Origin: Octopus vulgaris
Taxonomy: Eukaryota
NCBI GenBank assembly: GCA_951406725.2
Contig: OX597829.1
Coordinates: forward strand, 45,880,001-45,944,000
Direction: 5' to 3'
DNA: 64,000 nucleotides
The translations under genes were made by a program, and so were the position numbers. The notes below the pieces were generated by a model, which saw nothing but the letters and a program-made list of their open reading frames with translations, did no database searches and was not told where the DNA came from. Below, piece by piece: positions 39,248-55,095 of this stretch; the first letter of the stretch is position 1; the number at the start of each line of letters is the position of its first letter.

Positions 39248-41875
39248 ACACACACGCGCATACATATGGATTTATGGATAGACATATTGATGTGTAATTA
39301 TTAAATTATTAAGTAAACGAACGGACGTACATGTTAATCAAAATTTCTCTTTGTTTTTTACAGAAATAGGTCAACACCTCGGCGCCGAATTAATTGTGAT
39401 AAAAATACTAAAAGGCTAACTAACGTTAAATCGATTTGTTTGAACTCAGAACTTTGAGATGCCGAAACAGCCCTTCGTTTCTCTGAATTTACTTCAAAAC
39501 CGACCATTCGATTCTTTCATCATTATTTTCCTACATTCAGTCATTGAACTGAGGTCGTGTTCATTCACTGTTTATAAATTGGTACTTAGTTTATCGATTA
39601 CTGGAAAGATGAAAAAGCAAAGTTAACCTCGGCAGGATTTGAACCTAGAACAAATATGGACGCGCAATCGATTCTGTCAGTTCAATCAAACTACCGCCTT
39701 TATCACTTTTTATTTTATGATAAAGCATAGTTGATTTCTTTTATACTAACTTAGTGAGAAGATGTTTAAAGGGGATTTCATCTAGACTTTTTTCTTTTAT
39801 TTTATAAAGCTGAAATTTAAGAGTTCTAGCGGCAGGTGTTTAAACAATTTTAGTAAGAGCAGAGCAATACAAGATATAACGAAAGCGTGGCTGTGTGGTA
39901 AAATGGTTGCTGCCCAATCACTTCATTCCGGGTTCCGTCCTGCTGTAAACGATATTATTTAAAATGATGTATATGTCCATATTTTTTCTCTTATCAATTT
40001 TGAGATACAGTCCTTTACAATCTTGATATCAAGAATGATTGTCAAACTTAGTAACTTGTCTTATTATTATACTAAGGTCTAGCAGATTTTATATTGTTCC
40101 AGATATCATGATGATTTGTACCACATGAATTAAAGATTTGCATTCTCTCCTTGTGTGTGTACGTTTGTGTGTGTTTTACTTATGATTGGGCTATGGATTG
40201 AACACTGGACTACACAGTCATTTCAGATGAATTTTATTCGCCTTTATAGTCTTCTAGACTAACGGATGCTACCTACGCACATGCGTACACACGCACATAC
40301 ATACCTCCCGCCATTAATAAATTTAAAGTTTCTATTAGTTACTGATAAGTTTACATTAAAGCTTGTAAGGGTAATATATTAATGAGTATGCAGTGTTTTT
40401 ATTATTAATTTTTGAATTAAGAAATAATGTATTTCACTCAATTATTGTATCATTAATTAAATTAAATTCAATCGCGTTTGTTTTGTTTTGGAGAGAATTG
40501 AAATAAAGCTTTCACTTTTTTTAATTATAATAGTAACTATGGAAGAATGGTGGGATTATTATTTGTATGGACTTGGTCGCTATTTAGTATGTAATTTACT
40601 TATTGTAGGTTTACTACTAATACCGACACAGATGTACATAGATTTACGTGTTTCTTGCAGTTTCATTTAAAGTTAGTGTCTAATCCAGCCTATATTTAGC
40701 CTATGAATAAATGTGGTTATTAAGCATCCACTTTTTTATACTATGGAATACTGTAGGGAATAAAATGTATGGTTTAATGGTCTAGTCACTGTTCAGTTAC
40801 ATGTTTAGGAGTTAGTTAATGATTTACTTATTGAATTTATTTACTGATTCTGTTGTACATAGGGTGAATGTGTTTGAAAGTTATGGTTTCTTTGGTCTGT
40901 TAATTCTCAAACAACACCTATTTTAGTGGTGTTGACTCCACCGGATTGAATGGTACTGTGCAGGTGTCGAAACAATAATGATATCCGTGAGGTAGCTGAT
41001 GATGGAGGTTTGTTGGAATGTTTGTATGGCTGATTTTGTATATTTATATGTATAGTGTTATAACACATCATTTTGATACACACACACACACACACACACA
41101 ACACATATGATGTATGTATGTATGTATGTATGCTGGGCTCAAATCTCGTTTGCGGACCCAAGTCTGCAGGATATTTGACTACGATGAACTGCAGATCGTT
41201 CGACCGCGCAGGGTTTTTTTTTTGTCGTTAGTGCGAAGTATACTTTAGTGTTCCAGATCCTTCGTAGTCGAAAACCACAACGAAAGGCCCTCCGACCGTG
41301 CCAGTCACGCTGTTTATATATCAGCAGCTACTCTTCAGTACAGCCTTTATTTTAGGACGCGATTTGCAAGATTTAGCTGCCATTTTCAACAAATCTTACA
41401 AATACACCTGCCCACATGTATATATATGTACATACATTCATCCACACACAGACTCCCGCACGCATATACGTACAAGCATTCGTCCACGCACGTGCCACAC
41501 ACATCACGTGACATAGCCATTATTCAACAAGAAAATTATTCTCTCTAAAGCTGCAATTAATTTACCACCTGTTTGTTGAGTGATGATTTATCTACGGTAT
41601 GGTGTAAACAATAGATTTAGAGCAATTTACACTCTCTTAGACAATTCCTTACTTCCATTAAGCTCTTACAAACCATAATTGCTCTTTGCATTCCATATGT
41701 CTTTGAATCATAAATAACTGATCACTTCGAAAATCTGTTTTGATTTTCCATAAGAGGGCAATTAATGTATGAAGATACTTTGGCTAATCCGTTCTTTTTA
41801 TCACAGCTTTGCTCTTTCTTTCTCCCATTCTTTCCTTTTCTCGAATTCTGCTTGCGTGCATTCGCAATGATATAT

Positions 41876-42429
<554 letters not shown>

Positions 42430-42874
42430 AGCGTTATCGAAAACACTGAACGTGTGTGTGAGTAAGCATGTATGAATTTTTAATACATTCATTGATGCCT
42501 GGAGAAAACATAGAAGTTTGAGAAATGGTTGTCAGCATGAAATGTTGAAATGAACAATAGAAAAGGATATTGTAGATAAATGAAAAGGATAAAATTTTCA
42601 GTGAATTGCACACATGAATACACGCCTACACAGTCATAGGGACACGCGGGCGCATGCACACGCACATACTTACACATTCAGCACGGTGAAGCTTAAAATG
42701 TAATTCACAGTTTGTGATATATGGCATATGTATTTACTTTACATTTCTTATTAAGTTCTCTAGCAGGTAACGCTTAATCATTGCATGACATATACCTATG
42801 TGTATTAAACAACCACAACATTAAGTTATATATATAGATATATACATACATACATATCTACATACATACATACA

Positions 42875-42963
<89 letters not shown>

Positions 42964-43095
42964 GTCTATCTATCTTTCCATCTCTCTATATATATATACA
43001 CATACATTCACACACACACATATATACATATGTATGTATATATATATACATATATATATATATACAAACATTCACACATACGCACATATACATAC

Positions 43096-43126
<31 letters not shown>

Positions 43127-43329
43127 TGTATATATATATGTATATATATATATGTACAATATATATATATATACGCACACAAATGTGATAGAGATACAGG
43201 CGAAACTTTTAAATGCGAGAGCCGATGCAGACCCAGTGTAATTAGGAACGATATGGTCCACTTTATGAGCAACTATCCAAAAATGTCTTCACGATATGAT
43301 TTACTTATAAGTCACGATATAATGAGTTA

Positions 43330-43635
43330 AAGACCCCATCGGTCAGGAATGACCATGGCATTGCACCTAGAAAGTTACCCTCCAAGTTAGAAGTCTGGGC
43401 AAGACTGTTTATGGAGGACCAACAGCCGCCTATACATACCAGCTTCTCCTCTCCACGCCACTAATCTTATTCTAGGGAAAAGCAAATGCCTATACGGCTT
43501 AGTACCAATGACATCGCTACTAATTTCTACAGTTGAGGGAACTGGAGCAACGTGAAATAAAGTATCTTGCCTAAGAACAGAACACACAGTCCGGTCGAGG
43601 AATCAAACTCGCTACCTCATGGTTGTGAGCACGAC
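43330..43635 (-). mobile_element. SINE, fourth family, decayed
   Basis: Reverse complement of the 19460-19790 body (gaatgaccatgg..ttgcacctagaaa; ctggagcaacgtgaaataaagt.tcttgc). Confidence 0.7.
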
Positions 43636-44795
43636 TAAAATAGACAAAAATACACTTCTCAGAAAAGATGTCCTTTGATATCGAAGTCTATGAAGTTACA
43701 GTAGATGTACAGAGCCCACTCGTTCAATAATATAAAAGAATATTGGTAGATTCTTTGGGTCAAAACCTCTGTAAAATGGAAGCATTACAAAGCATAATAA
43801 TCTCTGATGGAGAAAACCATGCCTAGATGTAGAATTCGGTTGTCCAGTTAAGGTTAAGATAATGCATAAACACTAGAAATAAAAGATTAAACATCTGTGC
43901 CAAGATATTGAGAAATCAACTTACACTGCATCCGATCCGGTCAATTATTTTAACTTTATGATTGATTAATACAAAACATGATTATGTAACTAACTGGTTC
44001 AGCGCTAATTTTGAGAAGCTGGGTTTCACAAAACCGTGAAGGACACAGTTAATTAAGAAAATACTGGTTACAAGCCGTTAATGAAATCATGAATATAAGT
44101 GAAGCAATTGTGAAGTTTAGCAAAAAGTACGAAGATGCTAATGATTAAAATATTGAGTTCAGAATCGAACCGTGCGGTACGTTGTGTACGTTGTGTATTT
44201 TGTACATAAACAGTAGTAGAGATATACAAATATATCTTTGTATATGCATGTACATAAAACGAAACGTATTCGCTCTGACTATGACATTAATACATGCCTG
44301 CATGCATAGATACGTACAGACATGTACACAAGCATACATACATAAATGCATGATAGTTTGCACACACACACACATACACATCTACATAAAGGGTGAAGCG
44401 TAATAGGGAATCTATCTATCTATCTATCTATTTATGTATGTATGTATGTATCTATCTATCTATATATCTATACATGCATGCATGCATGCATGCATACATA
44501 CATACATACATACATACATACATACATACATACATACATACATACATACATACATACATACATACATACATACATGCATGCATGCATACATACATACATA
44601 CATACAAGCATGCGGAATAACGTAGTTGAGATCATCTAGATTCCACTGGACGACTCCTATTCTAGTTGGTAGTTCAAAATCGAAAATCAGAATAACATAC
44701 AAATACTGTTATAGAGATCAGCTGCCACGTGAATATGAATAAGTTCCTTCAAAATAAACAACAACGACAAAACTTTTGGATAACTACTTCGAAAT

Positions 44796-44960
44796 ATCTA
44801 TTATATAAAATCCGTTCTGTCTGTGTGTGTGTGTCTTGTAAGATCTCGGGCATCCTCCATCTGATTGCGCTCAAATTTGATATGTAGACACCAACGGTAT
44901 CAGGGCGTGTATTAGTCTTGAAAACATTACAAAAATCGATTCGAAGTGAGAATGCGAACG
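44796..44960 (+). mobile_element. possible Helitron 5' fragment
   Basis: a|tctattatataaaatccgttctgtctgtgtgt start resembles Helitron 5' TC termini; no 3' CTAG hairpin seen. Confidence 0.35.
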
Positions 44961-45454
44961 ATAAAGCCATTTTTGTCCTGCCTTTCTTCCGTCAACTTGT
45001 ACATAACTGCGCCTTCCATTTTTTGTTGTTTTTGTACTGCTTAAGGGCACGTTTCTTTCCTGCCAAGCTTACTGTTTAAACCATGTTTGTGTTCTCCCAG
45101 TCAACAGCCTTATCATTACTGGTACTTTAAACTCTTCGGTTGTATATTTGTGTCAATAAAATCATTTTTCTTTAGAATAGAAAAAAACGTATATCTTTAT
45201 TTCTATCTTTTGCTGGTGTCTCAAATTTAGGTTAAATCAGTGTTTCTCAAAGGAAAGGCCTATGGGACGGTCAGACAAGTTGTTTTGAGAAAATTTGGTT
45301 TAAATGTTTGACAACCCTGAAGTCATGAGTAATGTCATCAGATGTTATAATAGTAATGTGGAATACTTGAAGCTTTCAGATTAGTGAAAATGACCAGCTA
45401 AGATTATCTTACAAATTTGTTTTATAAGTGGAAAATCAATAATCTTAATCTTTT

Positions 45455-45910
45455 ATTTATTTGTTTCACTCATGAGACGGTGGCCATGCTGGAACACCAC
45501 CTCGAAAAATTTTTGCCGAACAAGTTGACCCCTGCGCTTATTTTTAAAAGCCTGATAGTTATTCTATCGATCTGTTTTGCCTAACCGCTTACTTAGGGGA
45601 TGGACGTAAACATTCCAACACCGGTTATCAAGTTGTGATGGGGGGGGACAAATACAGACACAGACAGACCAATACACTAACGCACACACACTCACACACG
45701 CACACACACACACACACACACAAAACACATACATACACACACGCAGACACGCGGGAGGTTTCTTTGCTTCCGTCTGCGAATTCCATTCACACAGCTGTGG
45801 GCGGCCGGGGGGCTATAGTAGGAGACATTTGCTCAAGGTACCACACAGTGGGACTGAACGCAGAATCAAGTGGTTGGGAAGCACATTTCTTACCTCACAG
45901 TATGCCTGCA
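45455..45910 (-). mobile_element. SINE, dominant family, old and decayed
   Basis: ggccatgctggaacaccacc...ggggctatagtaggagacatttgctcaaggtaccacacagtgggactgaac. Confidence 0.7.
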
Positions 45911-46167
45911 GCAAGACTTATAAAATTGATTATGTAACTCTTCACCATTTTGAACTGATCTAATTTGGAGCGACGGATTTAATTTCTTAACATGCATTGT
46001 TTTGTTTTCAAAAAGCAAAGTAAACATATATACATACATACATACACATTCCTTAAGATATATATATATATATACACAAGTATACACACTCACACAAATA
46101 TATCCACTTTTCTCTTTGTCTCCATATCTCCATAATAAGCAATTGATGCATATCGATCCATGAGCTT

Positions 46168-46636
<469 letters not shown>

Positions 46637-47053
46637 CACGTAGTATACATACATACAATCCTGTCACTTAAATTGTCTAACAATATTATTTATTTATAAT
46701 ATATATATATTTTTTTGTTACTATACTTGTTTGTCTGTGTGTCTTGCTTTGATTTACAAAATATCTCTATTATTGTGCAGGAATGAATGCAACATTGTGA
46801 CGAAACATTTGGTGTTGGCATTTCTTTAAACAATTCTTTGAAATGTCGACCGACAGAATATTAGAGACAGGAAAAGGAAAAGAAAACCAAAAAAAACAAC
46901 AAAGCTGAACAAAAAGTCTCAACCAAAGAAAAGACTAGAAAACGAAAAAAACACCCACATAAAACAAAAAAAAAACCAAGCAAAAATAAGTGGAAACATA
47001 CCGTAGATATTTGCTTCCAGCGATGAATAAGCATGTTTTTTGAAGAATTTCAG

Positions 47054-47107
47054 ATGCTCCAGACCTTGTTTACTGGTACGATATCGGAATTGGATACAGG
47101 ATATGAC
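47054..47107 (+). CDS. candidate 54-nt internal exon of an unidentified host gene
   Basis: Acceptor gttttttgaagaatttcAG, donor GTaagt; length divisible by 3; non-repetitive context; two open frames (MLQTLFTGTISELDTGYD or CSRPCLLVRYRNWIQDM). Confidence 0.4.
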
Positions 47108-48057
47108 GTAAGTATCCTATAGTTCTACTGGTCTGGGGGAATGGACAAAAAATGACAGTACTAACTTCACAGACAGAAGACATTTTTTGCTCAGTTTGTT
47201 TTTAAAGCCACTCTGGAACATTAATTTCATCAGTTATTGATGTTGTTCTTGTGCTTAATTTATTTTCCCTTGTTCAGCTCTGAGTGTGCAGACTTATTAA
47301 GTATTTTAAAGTCGTCAATGCCTGTTATCTTATTTAGAGTATCTCCATAAGTGCGGCATCCATTATATTTTCTTTAATGAAGCAAGATGTGGTTTTTAGA
47401 GGACTTGGCCGCCTTTTCATATTTTTCTTTCAATATGGTAATGCGTAATTCGAGTGAAAATAAAATTAATTGATATTTACAGCAGATCGAACAATCACAC
47501 GACAAAGCTGCTTCCGCTGAAACTAGCATGTAATGTGTTTAATAGTTATTTAATAGTTGTATGCTCTTTACAATACTAATAATACGCGTTCACGGATGGC
47601 CGCCTTCATCAAGTATGCTCACGTCGACTTCACTGTTAAGTTTCCATGGAGCAGGCCTGCTTAGTTATTTTTCGTAGCCATTCTTTTAATTTATGATACC
47701 TGTCTTTGTTCGGTTACAAGACAAATCTCTATAGTCATTCCAAGTTTCATCAGTCATATGCATGAAGTGAATCATGTTCGGAGTTATCACACTATTGCTA
47801 ATTATCAAACTCACTTCACCACTGTTTTCCATATTTAATCAACTAAAATTTTGAGGTTGACTCATCAAACAGCCAGTTAGAAAAATTATTTAAATTTCTT
47901 GGCTTACTCCATCGAATATGCTGACGCTTATACATTTGCCACAATGTTTTCTTGTGTTGCCTCTGATATCTCTTTCCTTACTCACTTCGCTGTTCATGTT
48001 TTCACTTTTGTCTTTGTTTTTTGTTTTTCACAGTCACTATTTCCAATCTTCACCAGT

Positions 48058-48229
48058 AGGCGTAGGAGTGGCTGTGTGGTAAGTAGCTTGCTTACCAACC
48101 ACATGGTTCTGGGTTCATTCCCACTGCGTGGCACCTTGGGCAAGTGTCTTCTACTATAGCCTCGGCCCAACCAAAGCCTTGTGAGTGGATTTGAGAGACG
48201 GAAACTGAAAGAATCCCGTCGTATATATG

Positions 48230-48293
<64 letters not shown>

Positions 48294-48510
48294 TGTGTCT
48301 GAGTTTGTCCCCCCACAACATCGCTTGACAACCGATGGTGGTGTGTTTACGTACCCGTAACTTAGCGGTTCGGCAAAAGACACCGATAGAGTAAGTACTA
48401 GGCTTCCAAAGAATAAGTTCTTGGGACGATTTGATTCGACTAAAAGGCGGTGCTCCAGCATGGCCGCAGTCAAATGACTGAAACAAGTAAAAGAGTAAAA
48501 GATTAAAAGA
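48058..48510 (+). mobile_element. SINE, dominant family, full length
   Basis: Complete head-to-tail match. Confidence 0.9.
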
Positions 48511-49007
48511 GTACTACGAAGGGTTCTTCTCAAAGCTTCAGTCTTCTACGTTTCCTCACGACAAAATAATTGTGAACTGTTGTATTTAACATCTGTCGAT
48601 GCTATTATTACTTCCCCTGGGTTCTATCGTCCCATTACGGTTCAGCAGCTGAGTTCTTTTTACATGCAACTAAATAGCAGGTGTTGTTATTGTTATTGTT
48701 GTTGAGACTCTAGCTAATCTTGATCAAATGTGTTCTGGCGGTTGTGACTAATACGGAAAAAATTATTGAGACAGTTTATCCAATAAGTAGATTTATCCAG
48801 TTCTCCTTCTAACTTTTTTTCTTAAGACGGTGAGATATGAATCTTTAAAGACACTTGGCCCTGCTTTTGCTAGTAGCCACGCATTCACGTAACCGCTCTC
48901 CCATTCATGGTATAGTTATCAACTATAAGCAAGAGGAAGAGTAACAGTAGCAGCTTTTGTATTAGTAGCAGCAGTAGTAAAGCGTATTTGACGAGTAGTA
49001 AAGCATA

Positions 49008-49240
49008 AAGGCGGCGAGCTGGCAGAAACGTTAGCACGCCGGGCGAAATGCGTAGCCGTATTTCGTCTGTCGTTACTTTCCGAGTTCAAATTCCGCCGAG
49101 GTCGACTTTGCCTTTCATCCTTTCGGGGTCGATAAATTAAGTACCAGTTACGTACTGGGGTCGATATAATCGACTTAATCCCTACGTCTGTCCTTCTTTG
49201 TCCCTTCTGTGTTTAGCCCCTTGTGGGTAGTAAAGAAATA
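49008..49240 (+). mobile_element. SINE, second family, full length
   Basis: aggcggcgagctggcagaaacgttagcacg...GAGTTCAAATTCc...gcctttcatcctttcggggtcgataaattaagtaccag...taaagaaata. Confidence 0.9.
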
Positions 49241-49576
49241 TATTTGACGAGAGGTGTAAAGGCCTGCAAAATTAAGTTCAAATTCTTCTGGTGGCTGAGC
49301 GACCGAGTCAGAAGCAGATCAGTTTCACATCCTAACCCTTGTTTCGAAATCTGGATACAAAGACCGAAAGACGATTAAACATTGCAATACCAATTATTAC
49401 ATGTTGCAATTATTACAGTCGCTATTGTTGTTGTTGTTGTTTTGGTTATTGCCGTGTTCATTTTTGTCTTCGGTATCTTGGAGCAGTAGCATTGGTATGA
49501 AGACAGCAAATCGAAGGGACAGAAGCGGTCGTCATCTATTCTTTTTTTAGATATGCTATTCTGCTTTATAAGATTA

Positions 49577-49976
49577 CTAGCAGTATTGCCCGGCGTTGCT
49601 CGGGTTTGTAAGGGAAATAACTATATAAGCATTTTTAGAGAGTTATAGCCAAAAAATAGCAAAAAAATGCATTAAAAATGGAAAAAAAAAATGATGGTAA
49701 ATTTGTTTTTAAATCGTTGACTCATCGTAGACATTTTTAGAGAGTTACTTCCCTTATATAATAGCGAAAAAATGCATTAAAATGGTAAAAAATGATGGTA
49801 AATTTTTTTAAAAATCGTAGACTCATCGTAGACGCGCGCTAATACCCAGAAGGGCTCGAAATGAATCACGACTATAAGATACCCGGTTTTGGTTAAACTG
49901 CACCGCAAAATGTGGGAGTAGTTAGGAATCTAAATCGTAGGAGACAGACACACAACTTCACTTTTATATATAAAGA
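49577..49976 (-). mobile_element. non-autonomous Helitron with internal ~100-bp tandem duplication
   Basis: Same termini as 4405-4703; catttttagagagtta...gactcatcgtaga repeated (~49630-49732 / 49733-49832). Confidence 0.8.
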
Positions 49977-50419
49977 TTTCATCCTCAAATGAACTCCAAG
50001 ACAGCAAACCAGCGATGAAAGGCAGCCGGTCATCTACATCTACATTATTAGAAGGGAAGGTGTGAAAAAAAATATTGGTTACTCTTTGTAATATCTCAAA
50101 CTACTGTATAGATATACTCTGATGTTATTAGATGCGCTTCTTTGAACAATCAATACAAAATGGGACCACATTTCTAGGATAACGGTGGTGCCCAAATATT
50201 TAACGCCTTTGGGATATTGTAATCGATAATATACCATTAACACACTAAAATTAATTAACTATTCTGACTATACTTACTTGTTCATAAAAATATATTTGTA
50301 TTCAATCTGAAGAAATTGAATTTATATTCAATGTTCCAAAAGAAAAGGACCTACTTTGAAAATTTAGTAATTCTAAGAGATATCCTCACAATAATAGCAT
50401 TAATGTAATTATACATTAA

Positions 50420-50978
50420 TGCATACATGCGTACATACATACATACATACATACATACATACATACATACATACATACATACATACATACGTACGTACGT
50501 ACATACATACATACATACGTACGTACATACATACATACGTACGTACATACATACATACATACATACATACGTACGTACATACATACATAAACACATACAT
50601 ACGTACATACATACATACGTACGTACATACATACATACATACATACATACGTACTACATACATACACATACATACATACGTACGTACATACATACGTATA
50701 TACATACATACATACACACATACATACATACATACATACATACATACATACATACATACATACATACATACATACATACATACATACGTACGTACATACA
50801 TACATACGTACGTACATACATACATACATACATACATACGTACGTACATACATACATACACACATACATACGTACGTACATTCATACGTATATACATACA
50901 TACATACATACATACATACATACATACATACATACATACATACATACATACATACATACATACATACATACATACATA
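50420..50978. repeat. (TACA/TACG)n microsatellite
   Basis: Visible. Confidence 0.95.
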
Positions 50979-51349
50979 ATAGAAACTGTTTACTGTTGTG
51001 GAAATCAACTGCCTGGTTTTATTTTAACATAAAGCTAAATCCCAACGAAAAAGAAAGTACCTACGCTGAATTATTGAGAAATATACAGTCACTTTATCCA
51101 GATTACAAGCACAGATTTATACCTGTAATAAGTTATAAATGAGGCACTGAGATGTGTAAACCATTACCTAATTACCCATCTTGAGAAAATAGGCTTCCCA
51201 AACCAGAAAGGAGAAAGTTGATTCGAAGACTACAAATTCAAGCCATCGCTGGAACTATAAAAATCTGTAAAACTTTCTAGAAGTTTATCATTTAAATATA
51301 TACAATACTAGTATATGCATGAGAAGACATACATAAAATAAAACATACA

Positions 51350-51768
51350 AATATGCATGTATACAAACATGCATACATACATAGATAATAATACATGCAT
51401 ACATACATACATGCATGCATACATAATATATACATACATACATACATACATACATACATACATACATACATACATACACACACACATACATACATACATA
51501 CATGCATACACACATACATACACACATACATACATACATACATACATACATACATACACACATACATACACATACATACATACATACATACATACATACA
51601 CACATACATACATACATACATACATACAAACATACATACATACATACATACATACATACATACATACATACATACATACATACATACATACATACATACA
51701 TACATACACACATACATACATACATACATACATACACACACACATACATACATACATACATACATACA

Positions 51769-51802
<34 letters not shown>

Positions 51803-51812
51803 CATACATACA
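51350..51812. repeat. (TACA)n microsatellite
   Basis: Visible. Confidence 0.95.
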
Positions 51813-51939
51813 AAAATACCTTGTTGATGTTGAAATTCCAATAAAGGAGCCGTGGATTTAGGTTAGAGACCGACTCTTTCTCTATTGGCAACAAATCTTG
51901 AAATAAAACTGAATAACACACACGCACACACACAGACAT

Positions 51940-52352
51940 ACCTGTAGCAGTATGGTAAGAAGTTTGCTTCCCAACCACATGATTCAAGGTTCAATTCTAC
52001 TGTGCGGCACCTTGGGCAAGTGCCTTTTACTATAGTGTCGGGCCACCCAGTCTGGTGACAGAAACTGAGAGCGGCATGTCGTTTCTATGTGTGTCTGTAT
52101 GTATGTGTGTCTGTGTGTGTGCATGCGTTTGTGTGTGTCTGTGTCTATGTGTATGTGTGGTTGCGTTTGTGTGTGTACGTGTGTTTGTTTTCCATCATGT
52201 GTTCGTATGTTTATGTCCCCCGTTACTTAGCGGTTCGATAAAAGAGGCGATAGAATAAATTCTACAGGGGTAGATTCGTTCAACTAAAATTCTATAAAAC
52301 GATGCTCCAGGAAGGCCGCAGACTAATAACAGAAACAAGTAAAAGATAAAAG
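51940..52352 (+). mobile_element. SINE, dominant family, decayed
   Basis: ggtaagaagtttgcttcccaaccacatg...ggcaccttgggcaagtg...gatgctccaggaaggccgcag. Confidence 0.7.
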
Positions 52353-52739
52353 ACGTGCATATAAATGGACGTCGGTCAGAATTTCTGGTAACGAGCAGTC
52401 TTGGCGTTCGATTAACTGAACTATTAAATCCTATGAATTCATCTGTAAGTGGCTGAGTATACCGCAGACACGCAACCGTAACGTAATTCTAAGGAGGAAA
52501 CCATCGAGTCATGACGTGAGAGTTCCGGAAGATTGAATTGCAATTCACCGACGGGGCTTCTGTACAGTTTCCGTCCACCCGTTTCCACTCATTGTAGTCT
52601 GGGTCGATTCCAAGCTGTAGAAAACGATACCTGCAAACATGCTCGCAGTAGGCTCGAAATCAGGACTTTCGTAGTTGCAAACGAACATCTTAATCCTTTT
52701 TAATAAGGGCACAAGGCCTGAAATTTTGGGAGGGATCTA

Positions 52740-53080
52740 GTCAATTATTACATCGACCCAGTGCGTAACTGGTACTTAATTTATCGACAGCGAAAGGATG
52801 AAAGGCAAAGTCGACCTCAGCGGAATTTGAACTCAGAACGCAACGGCAGACGAAATGCCTATTTCCTTAATACCCACAAGGGGCTAAACGCAGAGGGGAC
52901 AAACAAGGACAGACAAACGGATTAAGTCGATTATATCGACCCCAGTGCGTAACTGGTACTTAATTTATCGACCTCGAAAGGATGAAAGGCAAATTCGACC
53001 TCGGCGGAGTTTGAACTCAGAACGTAGCTGCTGACGAAATACTCAAAGCATATCGCCCGGCGTGCTAACGATTCTGCCAT
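52740..53080 (-). mobile_element. two tandem copies of second-family SINE
   Basis: tcgaccc(c)agtgcgtaactggtacttaatttatcgac...gaaaggatgaaaggcaaa repeated at ~52753 and ~52936. Confidence 0.85.
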
Positions 53081-53103
53081 CATTTGGGCATACTGTTTCG
53101 CAA

Positions 53104-53142
<39 letters not shown>

Positions 53143-53404
53143 TATGTGTGTATGTGTGTATGTGTGTATGTGTGTATGTGTGTATGTGTGTGCGCGCGCG
53201 CGCGTTTTATTTGAAATCTTTCTGTAAGGCAGAAAGCATTTCCAACAAAGATACAAAGCTTCATCTTTGGAATGTCACTTGATCACGTGACCGACCAGCC
53301 AATCAGATGTTGTTACGTATACATGTAACACGTGCAAATACATATACGCATACATGTACGAATATATGTACGTAAGTATGTAAGTACATATGTATCTATA
53401 TATG

Positions 53405-53631
53405 TATACTCTTTTACTCTTTTACTTGTTTCAGTCATTTGACTGCGGCCATGCTGGAGCACCGCCTTTAATCGAGCAAGTCGATCCCAGGACTTATTCT
53501 TTTGTAAGTCCAGTACTTTTTCTATCGGTCTCTTTTGCCGAACCGCTAAGTAACGGGGACATAAACACACCAGCATCGGTTGTCAAGCAATGCTAGGGGG
53601 ACAAACACAGACACACGAACACACACACACA

Positions 53632-53676
<45 letters not shown>

Positions 53677-53843
53677 GTGTATATATATATACGACGGGCT
53701 TCTTTCAGTTTCTGTCTACCAAATCCACTCACAAGGCTTTGGTCGGTTCAAGGCTATAGTAGAAGACACTTGCCCAAGGTGCCACGCAGTGGGACTGAAC
53801 CCGGAACCATGTGGTTGGTAAACAAGCTACTTACCACACAGCC
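53405..53843 (-). mobile_element. SINE, dominant family (left arm of inverted repeat)
   Basis: Full match on the minus strand. Confidence 0.9.
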
Positions 53844-54427
53844 ATATATGTATGTATATAAATATGTATATATGTATGTATATATCTATGTACGCACGCA
53901 TATACGCACGCACGTACGTACGTACATATGTCTGTCTCTCTCTATGTATGTATTATTTTACGCAGTCTTTGGATCAATCTTTAAATGCTAAGTAGAATCT
54001 TAAAAATTCCAATTTTAATAAACTTTAATGAAAATGGCAATATTGTTTTTAATTTTCAATACGATCTCTTACTCAAATCCCACACCTCACACCCTCAACA
54101 GCTTTCATTCAATGCAATCATTTTCTCTTTTATTCGTTATCGCAGCTTTATAACCTATATTCATCTCTTTGTTACGCCCGTCCGCGAATCAAACTTCCTC
54201 TGTCATGACGATAATGCGTGTAGCAATCATAATTTTAAAGGAATAAAAGAAATACTGTTCACGTATAGCAAGGATAGCAAATGAAAGTACTTTCACATTC
54301 AGCTTTTTATGTCTTATTTTCATTATCTGTTTTCTTTCTCCTTTTATATGTCATTATTTTATCCATTTTGATGTTATGAATAAATCTAGTGTTTATAAAA
54401 GAACTAATTATAAAAATTATAAAGAAC

Positions 54428-54826
54428 TGGCTGTGTGGTAAGTAGCTTGCTAACCAACCACATGGTTCCGGGTTCAGTCCCACTGCGTGGCATCTTGGGC
54501 AAGTGTCTTCTGCTATAGCCCCGGGCCGACCAATGCCTTGTGAGTGGATTTGGTAGACGGAAACTGAAGGAAGCCTGTCGTATATATGTATATATATATA
54601 TATATATGTATGTGTTTGTGTGTCTGTGTTTGTCCCCCTAGCATTGCTTGACAACCGATGCTGGTGTGTTTACGTCCCCGTCACTTATCGGTTCGGCAAA
54701 AGAGAACGATAGAATAAGTACTGGGCTTACAAAAGAATAAGTCCTGGGATCGAGTTGCTCGATTAAAGGCGGTGCTCCAGCATGGCCGCAGTCAAATGAC
54801 TGAAACAAGTAAAAGAGTAAAAGAGT
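54428..54826 (+). mobile_element. SINE, dominant family (right arm of inverted repeat)
   Basis: Full match on the plus strand. Confidence 0.9.
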
Positions 54827-54984
54827 ATACATATATAGATACATATGTACTTACATACTTACGTACATATATACGTACATGTATGCGTATATGTATTTGC
54901 ACGTGTTACATGTATACGTAACAACATCTGATTGGCTGGTCGGTCGCGTGATCAAGTGTAATTCAATAACGTAATACTGAAAGA

Positions 54985-55095
54985 CAACGAGCTGGTAGAA
55001 ACGTTAGCGAACTGATTAGCGGTATTTCGCCAGTCTTTACGTTTTGAGTTCAAATTCCGCTGAGGTCGACTTTGCCTTTCATCCTTTCGGGATCG
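54985..55095 (+). mobile_element. second-family SINE, 5' part
   Basis: cgagctggtagaaacgttagc...gagttcaaattccgctgaggtcgactttgcctttcatcctttcggg. Confidence 0.8.

Noticed and set aside
40300-41070. Possible very old Penelope-like remnant on the minus strand
   Set aside because: Only vague peptide traces; cannot be supported by eye.
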